From the NCBI GenBank assembly GCA_963666345.1, contig OY762721.1:3712001-3776000 (forward strand): a stretch of 64,000 nucleotides of DNA, given 5' to 3'. Each line of letters opens with the position of its first letter. The first letter of the stretch is position 1. Origin of the DNA: Desulfatiglandales bacterium. Lineage in GTDB: Bacteria > Desulfobacterota > DSM-4660 > Desulfatiglandales > Desulfatiglandaceae. This document shows positions 9,894 through 19,717 of the stretch, in pieces. The notes beneath the pieces were generated by a model. The model searched no databases. It saw only the letters and a program-made list of their open reading frames with translations, and was not told the origin of the DNA. The position numbers and the translations under genes were made by a program.

Positions 9894-10336
9894 GAAAATG
9901 TCTCATAGGCTAAAGTTCATGTCAAGCTTTTTTTGTTTTTGAGAAATATTTGTCCTGAAACCTTTGATGTTAAGTTGTAATATGCTGATATATAATGATA
10001 ATATTTGATAGATTGTCTTTGTTAAAAAAGGTGCATGTTAAAAAATATTGGCAAATTCATGACATATAAGTAAAGATATGAATGAAATGGAATTGAAGTG
10101 TTTCAGAAATTATATGTAACAATATATAGCCAAATTATGCATCTGCTAAGCTTTTTCTCCCAAAGGTTGAAGCAGAGACACCCCTGCACCTTATACAGGT
10201 TACATACCGGAAGACTTGGCTTTCGCCTTATACCCTGATATCCTACTTTATATGGTGACTTTTGTTTATCGAACGATTCAGGGTTTTGTCTGAAAGGGTA
10301 TGTGATCTGTAATGCTAAAATTGGAGAGAAATATAT

Positions 10337-11125
10337 ATGGATATAAAACTGTACCAGATTGACGCATTCGCCTCCGAGCTGTTTGAAGGTAATCCCGCCG
10401 CGGTCTGCCCTTTGGACGAGTGGCTGCCGGATGAAATCATGCTGGCCGTTGCAAAGGAAAACAATCTGTCTGAAACGGCCTTTTTCGTCCCTGAAGGGGG
10501 CGGATTCCGTATCAGATGGTTTACCCCTGAAAGCGAGGTGGACCTGTGCGGTCACGCCACTTTGGCATCCGCCTTTGTCCTGTTCGATATCCTGGATTAC
10601 GAAAAAGAGATGATCCAGTTTGATTCAAGATCAGGGCCTCTCAATGTTACAAAAGGCAAGGAAGGGCTGATCATGGATTTCCCGGCCCAGCCCCCTGTGT
10701 CTTGCGAGATCCCGGAACAAATCGTAAAGGCCTTTGGTCCGGTGCCTAAAGAGTGTCTAAGGTCTGAAGACTTTATAGCGGTTTTTGAAAATGAGTCTGA
10801 TATCGTGTCGGCAGATCCGGATTTTGAGGAGCTTAAGAAACTTGACCTACGAGGTGTCATAATTACGGCCGGCTCGGAGCGTTATGACTTTGTGGCAAGG
10901 TTTTTCGCCCCCAAATACGGAATCCCGGAAGATCCCGTAACAGGTTCCGCTTATACGCAGCTGGCGCCTTACTGGGCGGCCAGGACAGGCAGGAGGAGAT
11001 TCAGGGTAAGGCAGGTGTCTTCCCGAGGCGGCGAGCTGAGCTGCGAGGTAGTCGGTGACCGGGTGTTTATATCGGGCAGGGCGGTAAAATATCTTGAAGG
11101 CAGGATAAAGATAGATGACTTTTAA
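10337..11125 (+). CDS. PhzF-family epimerase/isomerase
   Basis: GNPAAV, NLSETAF, EVDLCGHATLA, EDPVTGSA. Confidence 0.92.
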   Translation: MDIKLYQIDAFASELFEGNPAAVCPLDEWLPDEIMLAVAKENNLSETAFFVPEGGGFRIRWFTPESEVDLCGHATLASAFVLFDILDYEKEMIQFDSRSGPLNVTKGKEGLIMDFPAQPPVSCEIPEQIVKAFGPVPKECLRSEDFIAVFENESDIVSADPDFEELKKLDLRGVIITAGSERYDFVARFFAPKYGIPEDPVTGSAYTQLAPYWAARTGRRRFRVRQVSSRGGELSCEVVGDRVFISGRAVKYLEGRIKIDDF

Positions 11126-11197
11126 AGGGGCAGACAGGGGCGGCAAAAAGACCGTTATCAATGTAATTGAGCCGATCCGGGCTTTAAGGAGCGAGCA

Positions 11198-11557
11198 ATG
11201 AATGAGTTTAAAGAGATTATATCGGTGGCCGGTTACGTAATCGAGTGCGTCGGTGTCCTGATGATTATCACCGGTTCTGTTTATTCCTTGTTTTGCTTTG
11301 CTACGCAGTATAGAGAAAACCTGGAAGGTGTTGCCTACCGTGTGCTTCGTCGCCGACTGGGGCGTTCGATAATCCTTGGTCTGGAATTTCTTATTGCAGG
11401 AGACATCATCCGGACCGTGGTTGTGGCGTATACCCTTAAAAATGTAGCGATATTGGGATTAATCATACTTATAAGGTCATTTTTGAGCATCGTGCTCCAT
11501 CTTGAAATCGAGGGCCGCTGGCCATGGCAACCGGTAAGGGAGGGTGAAATGGAGTAG
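11198..11557 (+). CDS. DUF1622-family membrane protein
   Basis: LGRSIILGLEFLIAGDIIRTV signature. Confidence 0.85.
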   Translation: MNEFKEIISVAGYVIECVGVLMIITGSVYSLFCFATQYRENLEGVAYRVLRRRLGRSIILGLEFLIAGDIIRTVVVAYTLKNVAILGLIILIRSFLSIVLHLEIEGRWPWQPVREGEME

Positions 11558-11574
11558 CGGCGTCTTAAGAATAC

Positions 11575-12243
11575 CTATATAAATCGTGCTATCTCCTTGA
11601 GCTCTTTCTTGCATATGACCGGAACCTCGACATCATCGGCCGGGTATCCCACAGGCAGGATAAGAAAAGGGCGCTCGTTTTTCGGTCTTTCAAGCACCCT
11701 GTTTAAAAAGCCCATGGGACTGGGCGTGTATGACAGGCAGACAAGACCCGCGTTATGTACCGCGGTTATGAGCATGCCGGTTGCGATTCCGACCGATTCC
11801 TTCACGTAATAATGTTTTATTGTTTCTCCGTCAGGCCCTGTGCCGTACCTCTTTTCAAAGATCGCTATAAGGTAGGGGGCCTCTTCAAGAAAGGGCTTCT
11901 GCGCATCGGTCTTTAATGCGGAGAGGGCATCCAGCCATTGTTTGGGCGCCCGTTTTTTGTAGAATTCATATTCCACCTTTTCCGCCTCCCGCCTTACCGT
12001 CTTTTTGATCAGCGGGTCACTGACCGCGACAAAATACCAGGGCTGCATGTTGGCGCCGCTTGGAGCGGTACCGGCTGCTGCGATGCATGCCTCTATGACC
12101 TCTTTCGGCACCGGGTGATCCGAGAATCTTCTGACGGACCTTCTCCTGCTCATCTGTTTATGAAAAAGCCTTGCCCGTTTTTTCATTTCCGGTTCAGGGT
12201 ACCGGCGATAGTCAAAGACACCTTTTTGATTCGATTTGATCAT
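11575..12243 (-). CDS. Nitroreductase superfamily protein, iodotyrosine deiodinase-like
   Basis: [28 protein letters not shown] lid, [28 protein letters not shown]. Confidence 0.8.
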   Translation of the reverse strand: MIKSNQKGVFDYRRYPEPEMKKRARLFHKQMSRRRSVRRFSDHPVPKEVIEACIAAAGTAPSGANMQPWYFVAVSDPLIKKTVRREAEKVEYEFYKKRAPKQWLDALSALKTDAQKPFLEEAPYLIAIFEKRYGTGPDGETIKHYYVKESVGIATGMLITAVHNAGLVCLSYTPSPMGFLNRVLERPKNERPFLILPVGYPADDVEVPVICKKELKEIARFI

Positions 12244-12315
12244 AAGGTCCTCCTTTAAGCACGCAGCCGGGATGTTTTTCCTTCAGTTTCTCTAATTTTG
12301 AAGTATAATACGGCC

Positions 12316-14997
12316 ATGAACAAAGACAAAGAAATAATATATCTTATAGACGGTACATCCTACATACACAGGGCATACCATGCAATCAGAAACCTGGCGA
12401 ACTCAAAGGGTTTTCCCACAAACGCCGTTTTGGGCTTCACCAAAATGGTCCTGAAGCTCCTTTCAGATAAGAATCCCGGATACATGGCGGTTGTCTTCGA
12501 TTCCAGGGGACCGACCTTCAGACATGATATGTACAAGGATTACAAGGCCAACCGCCCGCCCATGCCTGAGGACATGGCCGTGCAGATCCCGGTGATAAAA
12601 TCCATACTCAAGAAGATGAACCTTGAGATGCTGGAACTCAAGGGCTACGAGGCGGACGATATCATAGGCACACTCGCTCGAATGTGCGAGGAAAAGGGTT
12701 TTAAATCGGTCATGGTGACCGGCGACAAGGATTTCAGACAGCTTCTGACCCCTTACACTTGCATGTGGGACAGCATGAAGGATAAGGTCTTTGAATATGA
12801 GGCCTTAAAGGAAGAGCACGGATTCGAACCCCAATTGTTCATAGATGTGATGGGGCTTTCAGGTGACAGTGTGGACAACATTCCCGGCGTGCCGGGGGTG
12901 GGGGAAAAAACCGCCATAGGCCTGATAAAGGAATACGGATCGTTTGAAGCGGTGTTCGAAAACCTGGAAAAGATAAAGAAGAAAAGGCTCAAGGAAAACC
13001 TGAGGGACTTCAGGGACCAGGCGGTTTTGAGCAGGAAACTCGTGGAGATAGACCGATTTGTTCCGCTTGAAAAGGATGTGGAAGAGTTGAAAGTGGGAGA
13101 GCCGGAGGGCGAGGGGCTTGCGGATATCTTCAGGGAGATGGAATTTCGCGGTCTCTGGGATCAGTTCGCTTCAAGATCAAAGGCTGAAAGCGATTACAGC
13201 CTTTGCCTTAGTCTTGATGAGCTAAAGGACCATGTCAGGTACATAAGGCAAAAGGGTGTCCTGTCCATAGACACGGAAACAACCAGTACCGAGCCGCTCA
13301 AGGCTAGGCTTGTGGGGATCTCTTTTTCCTGTGAAAGCCGCAAGGCCTGCTATGTGCCTTTCGGGCACAGTTATCTGGGAGCACCCGAGCAGGTCTCATG
13401 GGAAGATGCAAGGGAGGTCCTTAAGGATGTGCTGGAGGATGAAAAAATCCTCAAGGTTGGGCAGAACATCAAATACGACGCAGAGGTATTGAGGCTCCAC
13501 GGTATTGAACTCAAGGGCATTCATTTCGATACCATGCTCGCATCCTACGTGATCAACCCCGGTATGAGGCAGCACAACCTCGACTCTCTGGCCCAGCAGT
13601 ATCTCAATCACAAGATGATCGGGTATCACGATGTCGTGGGCAAGGGGAAAAACGAGCGCTCTTTTTCAGATGTCGGAGTCGAAGAGGCGATGGCCTATTC
13701 CTGTGAGGATGCCGATATAGCATTGCTCCTGGTTGATGTCCTTGAGAGGAGACTCAGGTCTGATAAGAATGAAGCGCTTTTTTACGAACTGGAGATGAAG
13801 CTTATCCCCGTGCTAATGGATATGGAGCTTGAAGGGATATCGATAAACGCCCCCTTCTTCAGGCAGATGTCGGCCGGTTTCACCAGGCAGCTGAAGGAAC
13901 TCGAATCAGAGATATACAAAGAGGCGGGAATGGACTTCAATATAAACTCGCCCCAGCAGCTTGGAGAAGTGCTTTTTGAAAAACTTCAGCTTCCCAGCCA
14001 GAAAAAGACCTTGAAGACGGGCCGATATTCAACCGATGTAAAGGTACTCAAAAAACTGACCGTGTATCCGCATAAGGTTCCCGGGCTGGTGTTGAGATAC
14101 AGGACCCTGACAAAGCTCAAGTCGACCTATCTCGACTCCCTTGTCAGGATGGTTAATCCCGCAACAGGGAGGGTGCATACCTCCTACAACCAGACCGTCA
14201 CCGCTACCGGAAGGCTGAGCAGCAGCAACCCGAACATGCAGAATATCCCGATTAGGGGGGAAGAGGGAAGAGAGATAAGAAAGGGTTTTGTGCCCAAAGA
14301 GGGGCATTTTCTCGTTTCGGCGGACTACAGTCAGGTGGAACTGAGGATCTTCGCCCATTATTCAGGCGATGCAGCCTTTATCGAGGCATTCAAGGCCGAT
14401 GAGGACATACATGCCAGAACCGCATCCGAGATCATGGGAGACAGATCGGGTGAGATCACCGATGATATGAGGCGGATAGCAAAGGCTATAAACTTCGGTA
14501 TAATCTACGGTATGGGTCCGAAAAAGCTGGGTGATGAGCTGGGCATTGAGCTGAAGGTGGCAAAAAACTATATCTCCGCATATCTGGCGCGCTATAAGGG
14601 GGTAGCCCGTTACAAGGAAGAGATTGTGAATCAGGCCCGTGAAAACGGTTATGTGGAGACCCTTTTCGGAAGGAGAAGGTATCTGCCCGATATAACCCAC
14701 GGCAACAGGGTCATCCGGGCCGAGGCCGAGAGGATCGCCGTTAATACCCCTATCCAGGGGACTGCCGCCGATCTCATAAAGATGGCAATGGTAAATATCC
14801 ACGGGCGGCTAAAGAGTGAAAAGATGGGCTCAAGGATGCTTCTTCAGGTCCATGACGAACTGGTCTTCGAGGTGCCTGAAAATGAGCTCGACAGTTTGAT
14901 GCCGCTTATAAAAGATGAGATGGAGAACGTATACCCGCTCAAGGTACCCCTGAAGGTGGATATTAACAAGGGCGGAAACTGGGATGAGGCGCATTGA
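12316..14997 (+). CDS. polA: DNA polymerase I
   Basis: 5'-3' exo (LIDGTSYIHRAYHA, EADDIIG), 3'-5' exo (DTETT), TGRLSSSNPNMQNIP, DYSQVELR, QVHDELVFE; ATG 12316 preferred over TTG 12298. Confidence 0.97.
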   Translation: MNKDKEIIYLIDGTSYIHRAYHAIRNLANSKGFPTNAVLGFTKMVLKLLSDKNPGYMAVVFDSRGPTFRHDMYKDYKANRPPMPEDMAVQIPVIKSILKKMNLEMLELKGYEADDIIGTLARMCEEKGFKSVMVTGDKDFRQLLTPYTCMWDSMKDKVFEYEALKEEHGFEPQLFIDVMGLSGDSVDNIPGVPGVGEKTAIGLIKEYGSFEAVFENLEKIKKKRLKENLRDFRDQAVLSRKLVEIDRFVPLEKDVEELKVGEPEGEGLADIFREMEFRGLWDQFASRSKAESDYSLCLSLDELKDHVRYIRQKGVLSIDTETTSTEPLKARLVGISFSCESRKACYVPFGHSYLGAPEQVSWEDAREVLKDVLEDEKILKVGQNIKYDAEVLRLHGIELKGIHFDTMLASYVINPGMRQHNLDSLAQQYLNHKMIGYHDVVGKGKNERSFSDVGVEEAMAYSCEDADIALLLVDVLERRLRSDKNEALFYELEMKLIPVLMDMELEGISINAPFFRQMSAGFTRQLKELESEIYKEAGMDFNINSPQQLGEVLFEKLQLPSQKKTLKTGRYSTDVKVLKKLTVYPHKVPGLVLRYRTLTKLKSTYLDSLVRMVNPATGRVHTSYNQTVTATGRLSSSNPNMQNIPIRGEEGREIRKGFVPKEGHFLVSADYSQVELRIFAHYSGDAAFIEAFKADEDIHARTASEIMGDRSGEITDDMRRIAKAINFGIIYGMGPKKLGDELGIELKVAKNYISAYLARYKGVARYKEEIVNQARENGYVETLFGRRRYLPDITHGNRVIRAEAERIAVNTPIQGTAADLIKMAMVNIHGRLKSEKMGSRMLLQVHDELVFEVPENELDSLMPLIKDEMENVYPLKVPLKVDINKGGNWDEAH

Positions 14998-15177
14998 CCT
15001 CGATGGCCTCTGACGGGCGAAAAGCGGAAAATTATCAATATGACGATTTCAAAGGCTGTTTTGGATTGAAATCGTGCGGTCTTATTGATAAGGGATAAAC
15101 CTTGAAGGAGTGGATATGGGGGTTGTCGGCCCTCTTGTTTGATTGCCGGGAAAATTTGATGTCAGGAGTGTGATCAG

Positions 15178-18100
15178 GTGTTGGACAAGACTATCGGCCC
15201 TGGAGGGTTTTATATAGGCATTGATGCCGGTTCGGTGAGTATTAACTCCGTTGTCTTAAGCGGGGACAGGGAACTGGTCTACGAAGCCCCTTACAGGCGG
15301 CATTTCGGAAAGGTGGAGGAAGAGGTTTCAAAACTGCTGGCAGGGCTTTACGACAGATTCGGAAGGCAGAATGTCGTATCCGTCTCCTTTACAGGAAATC
15401 TTGGCAAAAAGCTGAGTGAGAAACTGGGTGCGTTCTTCGAATTCGAGACCATAAGCCAGGTGCTGGGCGCCCTTTTCATAGAGCCTGAGACAAGGACGAT
15501 TATAAGCATGGGAGGCCAGGAGACCGCCCTTTTGCAGATAAGACACTATGAGGGCGCCTGGGACCTGGAGCATTTCAGTACCAACGGACCCTGTGCCTCC
15601 GGCACCGGGTCCTTTATCGAGCAGCAGGCCGAAAGGCTGGCGACTTCGCTTTACAGCGAGGAAAAGGACTTTTCCAGGGATATCGAAAAGATCCTCGCGG
15701 ATTTTATCCGTAAGGGTCTGAAAAGCACCAGTCCCTCCGATGTCGCATGCAGGTGTACCGTGTTTACCAAGTCGGACATGATACATCTTCAGAACAAGGG
15801 AGAAAGGCTGGAGGATATAATATTCGGCCTTCATCTGGGAAACGCAAGAAACTACATGAGTACCATAGTAAACAACAGGGAGCTTGAAGAACCGATAGTG
15901 TTTGCCGGCGGCCTTTCCCTTAACGAGTTGCAGGTAAAGGCATTTAAGGGTTATTTCCCGGCCCTGAGGGTGCCGGAGCACAGTACCTCGGTAGGGGCGC
16001 TGGGTGTGGCCCTTCAGGCCCTGGAGCAGGGTATGACGGGCAGGCCTGAGCCTGAAACGCTTCAAAACTCAGGCGCGCAGGAGGATGAAAACGTGCCCCG
16101 TGCCGGGCGGCTTATTCTCAATTTGACGGATTTTTCAAGGACAAACCGGGTAAATAAGAGAGCCCTCAGCGGCAGACCCAAAGTGTTTCTCGGCATAGAC
16201 ATAGGTTCCACGACAAGCAAGTATGCCCTTATAGACAGGAGAAAAGAGATAATTCACAAGAGCTATGTGCATACCCAGGGAAGGCCGGTAGAGGTGACCA
16301 AGGGACTGCTCGGGAACATTCTGAGCGATCTGGGGGTGGATGTAGAGATAGCGGGAGTGGCCACGACAGGATCGGGAAGAAACGTTGTGGGTGATTTCCT
16401 GAACGCGGATCTGATAATTGATGAGATCACCGCACATGCGAAGGGTGCGGTAAGCATAGATCCGTCGGTGGATACCATATTCGAGATAGGAGGCCAGGAC
16501 TCGAAATATATCTCGCTTTCAAATACATATCCCCTTGATTTCGACATGAACAAGGTGTGCGCGGCAGGCACGGGCAGCTTTCTCCATGAGCTGGCAAACA
16601 AGTACGGTATCAATATCGTTGGGGAGTTTGAGGAGATAGCCCTATCGTCTGAAAGCCCGGTAAAACTGGCCGAAAGATGCACGGTTTTCATGGAGTCGGA
16701 TCTTGTCTCCTACCTTCAAAAAGGCATGAAACAGAAGGATCTTATAGCGGGGCTCTGTTATGCAATTGTCCACAACTACCTGAACCGGGTGGTGGGTAAG
16801 AGAAGAATCGGAGAAAGGGTCATGTTCCTTGGCGGGCCTTCCCTTAACAAGGGAGTGGTGGCGGCCTTTGAAAACGTACTGAAAAGAGGGCTCATTGTAC
16901 CCCAGCACAGGGAGGTCCTGGGTGCCTACGGAGCGGCACTGAGCGTGCAGGAGGAAATGGCGGCCGGGGCCGGGGCAAAAAGCGGTTTCAGGGGGCTTGA
17001 AAGCGCGATAAACGACTCCATGCAGTATACGGAAAAGGTCTGCAAGGCGGACCCGGACTGCCACAACCAGTGCAAACTCAAGATCTATGATTTTGACGGC
17101 AGGAAGAGCATCTGGGGGGGGGAATGCGGACGCTACGAGGTCTCCCGGGCAAGCGGTCAAAAAAAGGAAAATTTCTTCAGGTTGAGAGACCGCATCTGGA
17201 ATGAGCATATGGATGGGGTTTTTGATCTTTTGGGAAGAGAACCTCTCATGGAGGTGGAAGATCGTCCCACCGTAGGCATGCAGCGGGCCCTTTACGGGCA
17301 TCAGACCTCCGTGCTGTGGGCGCACTTCTTTGACAGGCTGGGGATGCGACTGGTGCTTACCCCTCCCACCAACCCGCTGATCTCCAAAGCGGGGATAGAA
17401 AAGATGGTTGCGGAGACCTGCTACCCGGTCAAGATCTCACACGGGCATGTCGGCGAGCTTATCGGCAAGACCCGCTATCTTTTCCTGCCTACCATGATTT
17501 CAATGACAACCCCCGAGGAGGAAGAGGCGGGTTTCTTCTGCCCGCTGGTGCAGGGAAACTCCTACATGATAAGGGTGGCCATGAAGGTGGATCGCTCCTC
17601 ACTCCTGGCGCCTGTGATACATCTTAAGCATGATCCGGACACCCTGGCAATCGAGATCCATGAACAGCTGGGCTCAAGACTTGCGAAGAGTAAAGGGGAG
17701 ATCAGGGAGGCGCTTTTATACGGGCTTGAGCGACATGACCTCTTCACCAAGGCGATGTATGAGGCGGGGGAACTGCTGCTTGCCCGACATGACCCTTCCG
17801 AGCCGCTTGTCGTGGTTACCGGCAGGCCCTATAACCTCTATGATGAAAGACTGAATCTGAGGCTCGGACAGAACCTTTCCAGAATAGGTGTGCCGGGGAT
17901 CCCGATGGATTTCGTGGATGTCTCGGACGTGGATCTCTCGGATTTTCCCTCCATGTACTGGGGGCTGGGCGCCCAGATACTGAGGACGGCGAAACTGATA
18001 ATGAGCCATCCCAATTATTTCGGCCTGCATGTGACCAATTTCAGCTGCGGGGCGGATTCCTTTATTGAACATTTTTACAAATACATCATGCAGGACAAGG

Positions 18101-18240
18101 CATTCCTGGTTCTGGAGCTTGATGAACACAGTGCTGTGGCCGGAGTGATGACAAGGCTTGAGGCCTATAAGAACGTGATAAACAATATCATGCGGAAAAG
18201 CCGTGCCGATCTGGTCGGAAACAGGAAATGGGCAAACTAG
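15178..18240 (+). CDS. CoA-enzyme activase (two BadF/BcrAD-type ATPase domains plus DUF2229-like region)
   Basis: GIDAGSVS and GIDIGSTTSK, CASGTGSF and CAAGTGSF, RCTVF twice, ETCYPVKISHGH, FSCGADSF, LELDEHS. Confidence 0.85.
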   Translation: MLDKTIGPGGFYIGIDAGSVSINSVVLSGDRELVYEAPYRRHFGKVEEEVSKLLAGLYDRFGRQNVVSVSFTGNLGKKLSEKLGAFFEFETISQVLGALFIEPETRTIISMGGQETALLQIRHYEGAWDLEHFSTNGPCASGTGSFIEQQAERLATSLYSEEKDFSRDIEKILADFIRKGLKSTSPSDVACRCTVFTKSDMIHLQNKGERLEDIIFGLHLGNARNYMSTIVNNRELEEPIVFAGGLSLNELQVKAFKGYFPALRVPEHSTSVGALGVALQALEQGMTGRPEPETLQNSGAQEDENVPRAGRLILNLTDFSRTNRVNKRALSGRPKVFLGIDIGSTTSKYALIDRRKEIIHKSYVHTQGRPVEVTKGLLGNILSDLGVDVEIAGVATTGSGRNVVGDFLNADLIIDEITAHAKGAVSIDPSVDTIFEIGGQDSKYISLSNTYPLDFDMNKVCAAGTGSFLHELANKYGINIVGEFEEIALSSESPVKLAERCTVFMESDLVSYLQKGMKQKDLIAGLCYAIVHNYLNRVVGKRRIGERVMFLGGPSLNKGVVAAFENVLKRGLIVPQHREVLGAYGAALSVQEEMAAGAGAKSGFRGLESAINDSMQYTEKVCKADPDCHNQCKLKIYDFDGRKSIWGGECGRYEVSRASGQKKENFFRLRDRIWNEHMDGVFDLLGREPLMEVEDRPTVGMQRALYGHQTSVLWAHFFDRLGMRLVLTPPTNPLISKAGIEKMVAETCYPVKISHGHVGELIGKTRYLFLPTMISMTTPEEEEAGFFCPLVQGNSYMIRVAMKVDRSSLLAPVIHLKHDPDTLAIEIHEQLGSRLAKSKGEIREALLYGLERHDLFTKAMYEAGELLLARHDPSEPLVVVTGRPYNLYDERLNLRLGQNLSRIGVPGIPMDFVDVSDVDLSDFPSMYWGLGAQILRTAKLIMSHPNYFGLHVTNFSCGADSFIEHFYKYIMQDKAFLVLELDEHSAVAGVMTRLEAYKNVINNIMRKSRADLVGNRKWAN

Positions 18241-18244
18241 GCGC

Positions 18245-19621
18245 ATGGATACAGGATTTACAATGAATCATGATACTGCTGAAAGATTCGGATCCTTAAG
18301 GGAAGGGCTGGGGCGTTTCAACCTGGCCGGGAAGAGATTCCTGATCCCGCAGATGAACAGGATAGGGTGCCATCTTCTGGCCGCGACATTCAGGGGCTTC
18401 GGTATAAACGCCCAGGTCATGGATACATGCAGGAATCTCGACCTTGGAATGGAGTACACATCAGGCAAGGAGTGTTACCCCTGCCAGATCACGATGGCGG
18501 ACATACTCTACTTCCTGGATCGGGAAAAGGAGCTTCTGGAAAAGGACTTTGATCCTGAAAAGTATGTCTACTTCATGCCTGAGGCCGACGGGCCCTGCCG
18601 TTTCGGGATGTACAACAAGTATCAGCGTATAGTGCTTGATTCCCTTGCTGATTTTGAAAGGGTGAAAATCGGATCCATGACCACCAAAGACGGGTATTCG
18701 CTTGACGGTATGATAGAAAAGGGAAAGGTCACCGATCTCAGAAAGGCGAGTTATCTCTCCGCGGTGGTAGCGGATATCCTTGACAGATTTCTCTGGAGGA
18801 TAAGACCCTATGAGAGGGAAGAGGGCATGGCCGATGATTTTATCGAGGCAGCCATGGGCAGGCTGGAACGCGCGTTCGAGGAGCGTGCCGGCAAGGCGGA
18901 TTCCGACGGGATACTTGAAAGCCTGGAAAGGGAGATAATCAAGGGAAGATCGGTTATCGATCCGGATATCCCGAGGAAGCCCCTTATAGGCATTGTAGGG
19001 GAGATATATCTGAGGACCCATACAGGGGCTAATCAGGACACCATAAGGGTGCTTGAAAAATATGGCGCCGAGGTGGTTAACGCCTCCATTTGTGAGTGGA
19101 TTAATTATACGACATATGACAAGCTAAGGGATAGCAGGACGGGTTTCAGGCTGGCCATGAAGCAGCTCCGGATAAATGAGATGAAAAGACAGATAAAGAA
19201 GATCGCCGGTTTCGGATTGGATCTTCTGTATCAGCAGCATGTGCAGAAGCGTGCCTACGGACGGATAGCGCCTCTCATCGATCTCGTGCAGGATCACAAG
19301 GTTTCCCATCTTGAAAAGACACTCAAACAGGAAGACCTCTTCAGCTTTGACATCGGAACCGAGGCATGCCTGAGCATACCGAGCGTGGTTGAATACGCCA
19401 GGTCGGGCTTTAACGGCGTGGTCAACATCTACCCTTTCACCTGCATGCCGAGCACCATCGCGTCCGCAGTGGCAAAACCGGTAATGAGCAGGCTGGGGGT
19501 GCCATATCTTGATACGCCTTACGATTCAAGCATTCAGCCGGGAAGAGAAGCGGCCATAAGGACATTCATGTATCAGGCCTGCCAACACCACAAACGACAC
19601 TCAAGGGGTGTGCAGACATGA
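18245..19621 (+). CDS. CoA-activase partner (2-hydroxyacyl-CoA dehydratase-related domain)
   Basis: KECYPCQ, GPCRFGMY, IGIVGEIYLR, PFTCMPS; start uncertain (18245 or 18263). Confidence 0.8.
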   Translation: MDTGFTMNHDTAERFGSLREGLGRFNLAGKRFLIPQMNRIGCHLLAATFRGFGINAQVMDTCRNLDLGMEYTSGKECYPCQITMADILYFLDREKELLEKDFDPEKYVYFMPEADGPCRFGMYNKYQRIVLDSLADFERVKIGSMTTKDGYSLDGMIEKGKVTDLRKASYLSAVVADILDRFLWRIRPYEREEGMADDFIEAAMGRLERAFEERAGKADSDGILESLEREIIKGRSVIDPDIPRKPLIGIVGEIYLRTHTGANQDTIRVLEKYGAEVVNASICEWINYTTYDKLRDSRTGFRLAMKQLRINEMKRQIKKIAGFGLDLLYQQHVQKRAYGRIAPLIDLVQDHKVSHLEKTLKQEDLFSFDIGTEACLSIPSVVEYARSGFNGVVNIYPFTCMPSTIASAVAKPVMSRLGVPYLDTPYDSSIQPGREAAIRTFMYQACQHHKRHSRGVQT

Positions 19622-19717
19622 TCGCGCAATGCGCCCTTGAAATAAAAATGCACTTATCAAGACGGTCTTGAGAGAAAACTGAAAAATACCATAGAAGAAA
19701 AACACAGGAAGAGCCAA

